DNA from: an uncultured delta proteobacterium
GTDB lineage: Bacteria > Desulfobacterota > Desulfobacteria > Desulfobacterales > JAHEIW01
DNA length: 64,000 nucleotides
Reading direction: 5' to 3'
Assembly: GCA_963706575.1 (NCBI GenBank)
Contig: CAVPNL010000006.1
Location: 544,001 to 608,000, forward strand
In this document: piece after piece, positions 29,933 to 39,424 of the stretch
Position numbering within the stretch: the stretch's first letter is position 1
How the letters are laid out: each line of letters begins with the position of its first letter
The notes under the pieces: model-generated
Databases searched by the model: none
What the model saw: only the letters and a program-made list of their open reading frames with translations
What the model was told of the DNA's origin: nothing
Position numbers and translations under genes: made by a program

Positions 29933-32340
29933 ATCTTAACCTCGCATCTGATGGTCACGCGTAGCGCGTTTTGCCCGGGTTTGATGATGATCTTTTTGCG
30001 GACATCCTGGTAGCCATCGCGCGTTCCCACAACGGTATAGGTGCCGGGCCGCAGGCTCAGTTCCCGGCTCTCGAAGCGGCCGAATTTCCCAACTTTATAA
30101 ACAGCAACGTCCGTAAACGTATCGGATTCGATAATTATTTTTACCGGGGTTTGAGCAGCACCCACGATTTGAACAAGTCTCTCGAATCGTTCTTTGATTT
30201 GCGGACCTTTGGGGTCAATTTTTTCAATTTCATCAATGAGCGCAATGGCGTTTTGAAGCTGGGGATCTGATTCCAGTACTGCCGGCTGTTGCAGAAAAAA
30301 ATTAATGCGCTTGTCAATCAGAATGCGCTCCCGGGCGCGTTCTTTCCCCCGGGCGGCAAACTGGACATTGGCGTCTATTTTAATAACCTGCAAATAGGCA
30401 TCCAACGCCTGTTGCCAGTTTTCAGCCTGTTCTGCCGCGGTCGCCTTTTGGCGATAGGTTTCAATGCGGGCCAGGCGAATCGCTTGATCCACCTGGGCCA
30501 GTGCGTCCTTAACTTCTCGGGATTCCGGCCGGAACGATTTTGCTTTCAGCAGTTTTGCCCGGGCAAGTTGATAGTCATTCCGATGCAGCGCCGTCAGTCC
30601 CTCAGACATCAGCAGCTGAAATTCTGTATCACGGATTTGGCCTTTAACCCGGGCGACAGCCTGCCGCGCTTCTTTTGATTCGGGGTCCAGTCTCAGCGCC
30701 TCCTGATAATCGGCATGCGCAAAAGCGATTTTACCCGCTTTTTCATGACGGTTCCCTGATTCCAACAGCTGCAGGACAGCATCTAAATTTTTGGCGCGCT
30801 GGCGGCTGTTGCGGGCTAACCGGTTCTCTGGATCAATCATTAAGGCGATGGAGAATTTTTGCTGGGATAGCTCAGCGTTTCCCTCATCCAGTGCCGTCTG
30901 GCCCTCGGCAAGCAGTTGTTTTAGAACCGGCTCGATCTGGTCGACTAAGGTTTGAGCGCTGGCGGCTGCGGCCGCATATTTTTCGGCGGCTGCGGCATAA
31001 TCGTTTTCAAGTAAAAGTCGATCCGCTTCCTCCGAAAGTTGGATCATTTCGACATATACTTGATTTCCCCATTGCGAAACACCTTTTGCATCCAATTCCT
31101 GTTTGAGCTGCATAAATTCAGCCAGCTTTTTCTCCGCTTCCCTTTTTTCAGCAGCAATCTTGGCGGGGTCCGGTGCGGTTTCGGGTAAAGCCTCAGGTGC
31201 CTCGATGGCCTTTTCAGATTCGGGTTGATGCGCTTCGCTATGCGACATTTCCGTCCGGCCCGGTTCCGGCGGTTTTGTGGGTAGATATTGCCACAGCCAT
31301 AACCCGCCGGCCACCAATACGACTAACGCGATAATTAGGGTCGCACCTTTGATCAGGTTGCTGTGCCCGGTTAAAGGCAGCCCTTTGCCGGGAGCCTTTG
31401 GCGTTACCCTTAGCGGGGTAATAATTTCCGGGCGGACCGGGGCCGAATTTGGCTCCGCAAAGCCGGAACCTGACCTCTGCGACAACCGGCGATGAGCGAC
31501 ACCATTGTCAAGCATGCGGTCGAAGCGGCTTTCGATCGCTGCCATGCTGGATGGGCGATCAACGGGTGTCTTCGCCAGCATGCTGTCAATCAGATCTTCC
31601 ATGGAGTCGGAGACCTGGGCATCAATGGCCAGCTGGTTTAACCGGCGGTTAACAGGAATAGGAGACTCATGCAGAATTCTTTCACGGGTAATATCCGGAT
31701 AAAACGGTGGATAACCGGTGAACAGTTCATAGAGCAGGACGCCAAGGGCGTAAATATCGTCGGATGGATGGGGCGGGCGGCCCTCAAGTTGCTGCGGGCT
31801 CATGCAAAACAGCGAACCGCCGGATGTAATTTCCAGTGCATAGCGGCCGGATTTGAAAACGCCGGCAATCCCAAAGTCTGTCAGCCGGGGTGTTTTCTGC
31901 GCATCAAGCAAAATATTGCCGGCTTTGACGTCTCGATGGACCAGCCCCTGTTCATGGGCATACCCCAGGGCGTTGATCAGCGGCCGAATCAGTTTGATCA
32001 TGTTCACGCTACTATTGGGTTCGAACTCCCTGCGGTGAAAGGCCAGGTCTCTACCGTTGATATATTCCATGGAGATGAACGCCAGCGCATCAGATCGATG
32101 AAAATCAAAAACGCGGACGATGTTGGGATGGACCAATAGACGGGTATTGCGGCATTCATTTTTTAATAGATTGATGCGGTCCGGATCTGATGCCAGCTGT
32201 GGATTTAGAATTTTTATGGCGATCTGGATTTCAAGCTCCAGATCCCAAACGAGCCAGACCTGCCCCATGCCGCCTTCTCCGATCATCTCAAGCAGCGAAA
32301 ACCGAGAAAGCAGTATTTGGTCTTTTTCTAAATTCGGCAT
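29929..32340 (-). CDS. Membrane Hanks-type Ser/Thr kinase with periplasmic TPR-like region
   Basis: GEGGMGQV, IAIK, HRDVKAGN, DFGIA, MSPQQ, DIYALG; TM at ~aa 333-352; helical repeats. Confidence 0.92.
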   Translation of the reverse strand: MPNLEKDQILLSRFSLLEMIGEGGMGQVWLVWDLELEIQIAIKILNPQLASDPDRINLLKNECRNTRLLVHPNIVRVFDFHRSDALAFISMEYINGRDLAFHRREFEPNSSVNMIKLIRPLINALGYAHEQGLVHRDVKAGNILLDAQKTPRLTDFGIAGVFKSGRYALEITSGGSLFCMSPQQLEGRPPHPSDDIYALGVLLYELFTGYPPFYPDITRERILHESPIPVNRRLNQLAIDAQVSDSMEDLIDSMLAKTPVDRPSSMAAIESRFDRMLDNGVAHRRLSQRSGSGFAEPNSAPVRPEIITPLRVTPKAPGKGLPLTGHSNLIKGATLIIALVVLVAGGLWLWQYLPTKPPEPGRTEMSHSEAHQPESEKAIEAPEALPETAPDPAKIAAEKREAEKKLAEFMQLKQELDAKGVSQWGNQVYVEMIQLSEEADRLLLENDYAAAAEKYAAAAASAQTLVDQIEPVLKQLLAEGQTALDEGNAELSQQKFSIALMIDPENRLARNSRQRAKNLDAVLQLLESGNRHEKAGKIAFAHADYQEALRLDPESKEARQAVARVKGQIRDTEFQLLMSEGLTALHRNDYQLARAKLLKAKSFRPESREVKDALAQVDQAIRLARIETYRQKATAAEQAENWQQALDAYLQVIKIDANVQFAARGKERARERILIDKRINFFLQQPAVLESDPQLQNAIALIDEIEKIDPKGPQIKERFERLVQIVGAAQTPVKIIIESDTFTDVAVYKVGKFGRFESRELSLRPGTYTVVGTRDGYQDVRKKIIIKPGQNALRVTIRCEVKI

Positions 32341-32556
32341 ATAAATTCTAAAGGTGAATTTTAGATCGTTCCGTTTTTTGGGGCATTATATGAAAAATCA
32401 CGAAAATATGAAAGGCCCAGATCTCTGAGTGAAGCCATTTTCGTGATTTTAGGTGCTGAATCTAATTGCAGCCGTGCACTTTGGGATCATTCCCGGTGCA
32501 CGATTTTTCGACAACCCGTATCAAAATGAGTGAAGCCGATTCGCGTTTGATCAGGG

Positions 32557-33777
32557 TTATGGGTTTTGATCCATATCCTGTTCTTCAGGAGACGGGGTCG
32601 GTTCAAAGCCGGTTTCGGCGAAATAAATTTGACGCAGCAGCGCTTTCCAGCGTTTAAACTGCTCTTCAGCAGACCCGGTCAATTCATACTGCTGGCCCTC
32701 GAATTCCATTGTTACAGGTTGCATTTCATTCCCAAATGACTCGCTGAGTTCCTCGATTGCAGCGGAATGCATTTGGGCTTCTTTGGATACATTCCAGCCG
32801 CTGATAAATACCTGTCCCCCGATAATGACCATCGCCGGCGCCATGGCCCGGCCGATGTTTGAGTTTTGTGAACCGGCCGCTATCGCGCCGGCAATTAACA
32901 GGGCGCCGAGCAGCTGTTTGGTCATGGCTTCTCGTTTAATCGTTGCGGCGGCTTCGCGTTCGGTCAGGTTCAGCTGACGCCAATTTTCGTATGACGGCCA
33001 CATTTGATTGTAAAACCCATCATATTGCCGATTGAGGGTGTCCACGTACATATACTCACGCTCTCTGATTTTCAGCAATCGGGCCATCATGGGATCATTG
33101 TCCGCCGGCAGCCGCTTGACGCTGAGGCGTCCCTTTTTATCCTGCGCGAGATAGCCATCAAATGCATCCGGTGCAAACTCCTGGGCAAATTTTAGCTTCG
33201 AAACGGTTCGAATCGTTTTAATTTCGGCAACACCTTGTTTCAATTTGTATTTAGCCAGATCATTGGCAATGGTATTGTAGAGATTTTGATAGGCATCTTT
33301 TTCACCCACCCGATTGCCGGAATAGTCAGACGCTGAAGCCTCGGCGCTGTATTTTCGCTTAAACCACCGGTTACCGGTTGCATCCACCACATCGATCTCT
33401 ATCACCAAATCCTCACCATTTGACTCGAGAATTTTGCCTTTCACCAGAAGGTCGACACTGTTCGTTTCGGCCGGAACCACCTGGATGGCGCCCCAGTGGC
33501 CGCTCTGGTGCAAGGTGTTTTTCAGGTGATAGGGAATAAAGTGGGTTTCAGCCTTGCGGATATCTGAGCTTGTGCCTTCATCCTTGGCATCTTCGGGGGT
33601 CAATTTCTTGCTTTCGAAGACCAGGATGCCGATATCCATTAACTGCTCCTCCGGGATTTCGGTTTTGGCCTGCTCGATGGGGGTCGGGCCGACCGTGTGA
33701 GAACTATAGGTGGCGCAGCCTGAAAAGAAGAGGATGGCCGAAAAAAATAATACGGTTTTGTAAGTGTTGAATTTCAT
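32557..33777 (-). CDS. Hypothetical lipoprotein
   Basis: Signal peptide with lipobox FFSGC; 406-aa ORF in the operon. Confidence 0.8.
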   Translation of the reverse strand: MKFNTYKTVLFFSAILFFSGCATYSSHTVGPTPIEQAKTEIPEEQLMDIGILVFESKKLTPEDAKDEGTSSDIRKAETHFIPYHLKNTLHQSGHWGAIQVVPAETNSVDLLVKGKILESNGEDLVIEIDVVDATGNRWFKRKYSAEASASDYSGNRVGEKDAYQNLYNTIANDLAKYKLKQGVAEIKTIRTVSKLKFAQEFAPDAFDGYLAQDKKGRLSVKRLPADNDPMMARLLKIREREYMYVDTLNRQYDGFYNQMWPSYENWRQLNLTEREAAATIKREAMTKQLLGALLIAGAIAAGSQNSNIGRAMAPAMVIIGGQVFISGWNVSKEAQMHSAAIEELSESFGNEMQPVTMEFEGQQYELTGSAEEQFKRWKALLRQIYFAETGFEPTPSPEEQDMDQNP

Positions 33778-33791
33778 TTTTTATTAATTTG

Positions 33792-34931
33792 TTATTGGGT
33801 GTTTTTCTTATACTCTTCGTATTCTTTCCACAGTTTTTCTTTCAGTTCCGGATCCGTTTCGTTTTCAGCCGCCTCCCGCAGTTGTCGGGCAACGATATCA
33901 TCGTCTTCCTTGCTGTAACGGCTACCCGGTTCGCGTTTGGAGCCGGCGCCTTCGTCTTTGGACTTGTCGGCCGTGGCGACCGTATCATCGCCATTTCCCT
34001 GTTGGTTCTCGGAGCCTTTTTCATCACGGGATGCATCCTTGTCACCCGTTTTGCCTTGCTGGCCTTCCTTGTCCTGCTCTGACGTCTCATCAGCCGATTC
34101 AGATTCGTCGCTGTCTATTTCGACGCCTTTTTCCTTTAGCCGTCTGGCGGCATCCGCTGCTTCCTGGGCCAGATCACGCATTTTCGCAGTCGATTCGGTT
34201 TCGATGGTCTCCATTTCCTTTAGCAGCAGTGCATCAAATTCACTCAGCGACGCACTCAGCTGGCGGTCCAGTTCCGCGACCTGATCCTGGACTTGCTCTT
34301 CAGGGATTTGTTGATCCGATACCTTCGGTGGTTCGCTGGAATCTTCTTTGCCAGATGAATGCCTGGCGTAGGCGCTTTCCATTTTTGCGACCATCCTGCG
34401 GTTTTCAGCGACCATGGCCTGGACGCGTTCAAGGTAGGCTTCGTAGTTGCGAATTTCTTCAGCAGAGGCATTATCGGATTTCTTGAGTGTTTCAAGTTCG
34501 GCAGCAATCCGTTTTTCCGTGGCCTGGCTGACGCGCAAATCGTCCCGGGCTTTTGCCAGTTTGGCGTCAGCGGTTTGCGGGGTTGTTTTGCGGCTCTGCG
34601 GCATGCGTTGAACGGCTTCCTGCGGTCGGGCTTCGGTTGCACCCGCTGAAGCGGTTTGACGATCCGGTGATCTTTCTTTAGATTCCGACTGTTGGGTAGC
34701 AGCCCCCTGTGGAGAAGCTGTCTGGCTGGTTTGCGATTTTTCCTGTGCTCCCGGTTCGGCCGACTCGGCCGGTATCGATGAAGTCGACGGGCTGGTATCT
34801 TTGGTTTGCGAGATTTCCGGCTGCGGAGGTGCAGGTGTAACCGGGGGGGGTGTGGTTTTGCAGGCTGCAAACCACAGCCCGGTCAAGAAGGTTGCCATTA
34901 ATATCAGGGATTTGATTTTGTATTGCCACAT
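33792..34931 (-). CDS. Hypothetical lipoprotein, Pro-rich/coiled-coil
   Basis: Lipobox FAAC; coiled-coil segments; C-terminal DDIVARQLREAAENETDPELKEKLWKEY. Confidence 0.78.
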   Translation of the reverse strand: MWQYKIKSLILMATFLTGLWFAACKTTPPPVTPAPPQPEISQTKDTSPSTSSIPAESAEPGAQEKSQTSQTASPQGAATQQSESKERSPDRQTASAGATEARPQEAVQRMPQSRKTTPQTADAKLAKARDDLRVSQATEKRIAAELETLKKSDNASAEEIRNYEAYLERVQAMVAENRRMVAKMESAYARHSSGKEDSSEPPKVSDQQIPEEQVQDQVAELDRQLSASLSEFDALLLKEMETIETESTAKMRDLAQEAADAARRLKEKGVEIDSDESESADETSEQDKEGQQGKTGDKDASRDEKGSENQQGNGDDTVATADKSKDEGAGSKREPGSRYSKEDDDIVARQLREAAENETDPELKEKLWKEYEEYKKNTQ

Positions 34932-35030
34932 TTTTAATAAGAACGTCGGTTCAGGTTGCCATCAAACATTCCGCACTCTGTAAGGATCTCAATGAAAAAC
35001 TGCCCGAATCCTCAAGTAATTATAGTGCCT

Positions 35031-35059
35031 AAAATAAGATTTTGCCGATTGGGTGTCAA
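35031..35059 (-). promoter_or_regulatory. Candidate sigma70 promoter for the 22.2-34.9 kb operon
   Basis: TTGACA-17 nt-TATTTT on the minus strand. Confidence 0.4.
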
Positions 35060-35184
35060 GCCAATAACATGGGCAGCGGTCATTACGAATATTAGACTGG
35101 CGATGGAAAGGTTTTGTTTACAAAAGGCACAAACCGGTGAAAAAGGTGTATACCCTTAAGTTGTTTAAAGGATTCAGGTAATAA

Positions 35185-35210
35185 AAAGCCCGAGATTAAT
35201 CTCGGGCTTT
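35185..35210 (-). terminator. Intrinsic terminator of the tRNA-Ser pair
   Basis: AAAGCCCGAGAT-TA-ATCTCGGGCTTT just past the tRNA CCA end. Confidence 0.8.
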
Positions 35211-35218
35211 ATGGTATG

Positions 35219-35311
35219 TGGCGGAGAGACAGGGATTCGAACCCTGGATGGAAGTTTCCCCCCATACTCGCTTAGCAGGCGAGTGCCTTCAGCCAGCTCG
35301 GCCATCTCTCC
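35219..35311 (-). tRNA. tRNA-Ser(GCT)
   Basis: GGAGAGATGGCCGAG...CTCGC-CTGCTAA-GCGAG, long variable arm, GGTTCGAATCC, CTCTCCGCCA. Confidence 0.96.
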
Positions 35312-35361
35312 AAAAAAATTTTCTCAAAATTTTTTTATATAAAATTGCGAAGCAATTTTAT

Positions 35362-35449
35362 TGGCGGAGGGAGTAGGATTCGAACCCACGGAGGTGTTAC
35401 CCTCAACGGTTTTCAAGACCGCCGCTTTCGACCACTCAGCCATCCCTCC
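35362..35449 (-). tRNA. tRNA-Ser(TGA)
   Basis: GGAGGGATGGCTGAGTGG...GCGGT-CTTGAAA-ACCGT, long variable arm, GGTTCGAATCC, CCCTCCGCCA. Confidence 0.96.
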
Positions 35450-35658
35450 ATTATTATTATTAACCACTATATTTACCATTCCGGTCGGAGATGGTCAATA
35501 TTTATGTACTTTTTAGAGCGCTGATATTTATCAAGAGCCTTGCACCTTGTGCCGATTTTGTTTGCATTATGTGTTGACAGGCTTGATTTTTTATGGTTTT
35601 CGAGATCGTTAAAAACATGCAAATCAATTTGTTTTATTCGACTGGAAAAGGAGCAAAG

Positions 35659-36138
35659 ATGAAGCAAAAATATACCATTATAAAGGATAGTAAAAATAAA
35701 CAATTAATTATTCGTGAATTTGCCGAACTCGATAAAGAAATCTTATCATTACTGTGCGAGGAAACTTACGAGCAAAAGGCGATTCTTGCTGCCATTAAAA
35801 AAGGTGAGGCGCATTTGATTTCCGCACTAAGAACAAATAATCTCTATCCTCCTGGAATTTATGCAAAAAAAATAGCAGCTGCCGTTATAGATGTGTACGC
35901 CGACAAGGGCAGGGAATCAGAGGAGCTTTTTTTCAATGATTTGGAGTTGCTTGCCCGGGCAAATGAACCTAAAGCCAAGGTAGCTGAAGAGCCGGTTGAA
36001 AAACCGGACGAAGAAATGGATGAGCTGCTGGAGGATGATTTTGAATCTGATTATGAGGATGAAGGTAGCCCTAAAAAGCTGGGCTCCTCCTTAAAAATTG
36101 CGGATGACGAATATGGGGATACCAATGAGGAAAGCTGA
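35659..36138 (+). CDS. Hypothetical protein with acidic C-terminal tail
   Basis: AAGGAG RBS, MKQKYTIIKD...LIIREFAELDK...LRTNNLYPP. Confidence 0.75.
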   Translation: MKQKYTIIKDSKNKQLIIREFAELDKEILSLLCEETYEQKAILAAIKKGEAHLISALRTNNLYPPGIYAKKIAAAVIDVYADKGRESEELFFNDLELLARANEPKAKVAEEPVEKPDEEMDELLEDDFESDYEDEGSPKKLGSSLKIADDEYGDTNEES

Positions 36139-36603
36139 GCCTGATTTTTATGTCGCACCCGGATCCCTCATAAGATACAGATTTCTATATAAATTATTCA
36201 AAAAACAACCAAACTTGCAGGTTTTGCATTCCGGTCAACCGGATTTAATCCCACCTCAATTCAAGACCCGGATAAGCAAGAGTCAATCCCTGACTCAAGG
36301 CTGACCGATTTATCGATAAAATCATTCTTTTTCGTTGACTTATCCTGAAACTTGTCTTAAAAAAAAATCTTATTCAGTTTTTTAAGTCGTGACTATTTTA
36401 TTGATGATTTTCCAAGATCCACCACAACTTATTTATAATTTAGGCGTTTCGGGTTTTGTAAACGCAGCAGGCCTTCTTAGTCGTGCCAACGATGGAAATA
36501 GCCAGCTAAATCGGTCGGTCGAAATCTCTGCGCAAAGCCCTGTTTGTTCCAGCTAGAGGAGGCAACTGAATTTTTTTTTAATCGCATCAAGGAGGAGGTG
36601 CAA

Positions 36604-37545
36604 ATGGAAACGGAAAAGGCATTTTATGAGAGGTTAGAGAGCAAAGGCGTCTCCCGAAGGGACTTCATGAAATACTGTACGTTCCTGACGGCGGCTATGG
36701 GGCTCTCGTCATCGTTTGTGCCAAAGGTGGCCGAAGTCTTTGCGGCACCGGCACAGCGCCCGCCGGTGATATGGCTGCATTTGGCAGAATGCACCGGTTG
36801 TTCCGAGGCTGTTCTCAGGTCCCAGTACCCCTATATCGACGATTTGATTCTTGAGGTTCTTTCTCTGGAATATCATGAGACGGTTATGGCGGCTGCGGGT
36901 CAGCAGGCTGAAGATCAACTTCAGATGGCACTGAAAAAGTACGCGGGCAAGTTCATCTGCGTGGTTGAAGGTGCCATTGCCACCAAATTCGACGGCGGAT
37001 ACGGTAAAATCGGCGGCCGGACATTTTTAGACATTGCCAAAGACGTAATTCCCAAAGCTGCCGGTGTGATCTGCATCGGATCCTGCTCCAGCTTTGGCAA
37101 TATCCAGGCGGCGAAACCCAACCCCGGCGGATACAAGGGGGTTGGTGAGGTGCTGGGAATCAAGACCGTAAACATCGCCGGATGTCCACCCAATCCGGTC
37201 AATTTTGTCGGTACGGTAGTCAGTTATCTGCTGCTCGGCAAACTTCCCGCCCTGGATGATCTGGGTCGTCCGTTGTTTGGTTACGGGAAATCCATCCATG
37301 ATCAGTGTCCGCGACGGTCTCATTTTGAAAACGAGGAATTTGTGGAGCAATTCGGTTCCGAGGAAGCCGCAATGGGCTATTGCCTTTACAAAATGGGCTG
37401 TAGAGGTCCGGAGACATACAACAACTGCCCGGTGGCCAAATTCAATGACGGCACCAGCTGGCCGGTTGAGGCGGGTGCTCCCTGCATCGGCTGCAGCGAG
37501 CCGAAATTTTGGGATAACTTCACGCCGTTTTATGAGGAACTCTAG
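36604..37545 (+). CDS. Periplasmic [NiFe] hydrogenase small subunit (group 1, soluble)
   Basis: Tat motif SRRDFMK, AECTGCSE, GSC, GCPP, HDQCPR, CLYKMGCRGP, WPVEAGAPCIGCSEP; no C-terminal TM. Confidence 0.95.
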   Translation: METEKAFYERLESKGVSRRDFMKYCTFLTAAMGLSSSFVPKVAEVFAAPAQRPPVIWLHLAECTGCSEAVLRSQYPYIDDLILEVLSLEYHETVMAAAGQQAEDQLQMALKKYAGKFICVVEGAIATKFDGGYGKIGGRTFLDIAKDVIPKAAGVICIGSCSSFGNIQAAKPNPGGYKGVGEVLGIKTVNIAGCPPNPVNFVGTVVSYLLLGKLPALDDLGRPLFGYGKSIHDQCPRRSHFENEEFVEQFGSEEAAMGYCLYKMGCRGPETYNNCPVAKFNDGTSWPVEAGAPCIGCSEPKFWDNFTPFYEEL

Positions 37546-37583
37546 TCTTAGCATAGCTATCCAGAAAAAAAGGGAGGAACCAT

Positions 37584-39233
37584 ATGGCACAGCGAATAAC
37601 GATAGATCCAATCACCAGAATTGAGGGCCACCTTCGAATCGAAGTCGAAGTGGCCGGCGGCAAGGTGGTCAATGCCTGGAGTTCAGGTCAGATGTTCCGG
37701 GGTATTGAGCTCATCCTGCAGGGTAGAGATCCGCGGGATGCCCACCATTTTGTGCAGCGCTCCTGCGGCGTCTGAACGTACACACATGCTCTGTCCTCGG
37801 TGAGGGCAGTCGATAATGCCGTAAAGGTTAAAATACCGAAAAATGCACGCATCATTCGAAACCTTCTGATGGGCGCTCAGTTCCAGCATGATCATATTGT
37901 ACACTTTTATCATCTGCATGCTTTGGACTGGGTGGATATTGTCAGCGCCCTTTCGGCCGATCCCAAGAAAACCGCCGCGCTGGCTGACAATGTCAGCAAT
38001 GCGCCCTGGGGAGGGGCCGCTTATTTTAAAGGTGTTCAAGAACGGATTAAAACTTTTGTCGATAGTGGTCAGCTGGGACCCTTTTCCAATGCGTATTGGG
38101 GTCATCCTGCATACAAACTGCCGCCCGAAGCCAACCTGATGGCCACCGCACACTATGTTGAGGCCATTCGTCTTCAGGCTCGAACCGCACGACTGCATGC
38201 CATTTTCGGCGGCAAGAATCCGCACCCGCAGTCACTGGTGGTCGGTGGTGTGACCTGCGTCAGAGATCTGAGGCCGGATCGCATCGCTGAATTTTTGTAC
38301 ATCACCAAAGAAACCCAGGAATTTATTAAAAATGTCTATATTCCGGATCTGCTGGCGGTTGCTTCCTTTTACAAGGACTGGGGCGCCATCGGTGGCACCA
38401 GCAACTTTCTGGCATGGGGTGAATTCCCCGAATCCGACAACGAGCCCGACAGCCTCTTTATGCCCAGAGGCGTCATCATGCAACGCAATCTCGCTGGCGT
38501 AAAGATGGCCAATCAGGCACGGGTTTCTGAAGATGTTACCCGGGGATGGTATAAGGACGGCCCGGCCAGGCATCCTTACGAGGGTGAAACCAAACCGTTG
38601 CAGGAAAACCCCCAATACAAACCGGGGGACGGCAAATATACCTGGTTTAAGGCCCCGCGTTATGACGGCGAGCCCTGCGAGGTCGGCCCGCTGACACGCG
38701 TTCTGGTCGCCTATGCCAATGGGCACAAAGAAATTAAGCCTGTTGTTGACAATGTGCTTAAAACGCTGGGCGTAGATGCCAACGCGCTGTTCTCGACCCT
38801 TGGGCGCACGGCCGCCAGAGGAATTGAAACCCTGGTCATCGGTGAACGGGTACAGACCTGGCTCATGGAACTGGTCGAAAACATCAAAAGCGGCGATACC
38901 AAAACTTATGAACCCTATGAAATGCCCGACAGCGGGATGGGGGTTGGCTTAAACGACGTTCCCAGGGGCTCCCTGGGGCACTGGGTCCAAATTGAAAATA
39001 AGAAAATTAAAAACTACCAGTACGTCGTGCCGTCAACCTGGAACCTGTGCCCGCGGGATGCCAAAGGCAAAATGGGTCCGGTGGAAGAAGCCCTTATCGG
39101 CACACCGGTAGCGGATCCCAAAAAACCGCTTGAGGTCCTGCGAACGGTTCATTCATTTGATCCCTGTATTGCCTGTGGGGTCCACGTCATCGATCCGGAC
39201 TCCAACGAGGTTTACAAGATCAAAGCGATTTAA
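37584..39233 (+). CDS. [NiFe] hydrogenase large subunit, 549 aa, read through in-frame TGA (putative Sec64)
   Basis: ORFs 37584-37775 and 37800-39233 share one frame: DPITRIEGH...RSCGV[TGA]TYTHAL...; L2 motif [11 protein letters not shown] plus cleavable tail. Confidence 0.9.
37773..37809 (+). promoter_or_regulatory. UGA codon with bacterial SECIS-like hairpin
   Basis: TGA, 15 nt, then CTGTCCTC-GGT-GAGGGCAG (8-bp stem with one G-U pair, GGU loop at +24). Confidence 0.7.
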
Positions 39234-39257
39234 TGAGCCGCCAGGCCATGTTGCTTG

Positions 39258-39292
39258 AAACGGCCTCCCGAATCTGCGGGAGGCCGTTTTTT
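39258..39292 (+). terminator. Intrinsic terminator after hydrogenase large subunit
   Basis: AAACGGCCTCCCG-AATCTG-CGGGAGGCCGTTTTTT. Confidence 0.8.
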
Positions 39293-39424
39293 ATGGTGTT
39301 GACGGTTCGTCCTGTTCTAGTGTAATACGCATACTCAGGATAAAAATATTCAATCGGCATTTGCAGGGGCGGGCTTTACGCCCGCTCTTTCATTAGCGGC
39401 TTAAATTCTAAAAATAGGTTAAAA

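Noticed and set aside
21996..35219. Intact integrative element or prophage at tRNA-Ser
   Set aside because: No integrase, phage genes or duplicated att/tRNA 3' sequence were seen.
35362..35449. tRNA with 'TGA' anticodon as a possible tRNA-Sec or UGA suppressor for the hydrogenase
   Set aside because: Anticodon UGA reads UCA (Ser); tRNA-Sec needs anticodon UCA and an 8-bp acceptor stem. This is an ordinary tRNA-Ser.
37584..37775. Stand-alone 63-aa ORF and separate 477-aa ORF from the ORF track
   Set aside because: They are in the same frame and together form one hydrogenase large subunit; the split is at a single TGA in the metal-binding motif.
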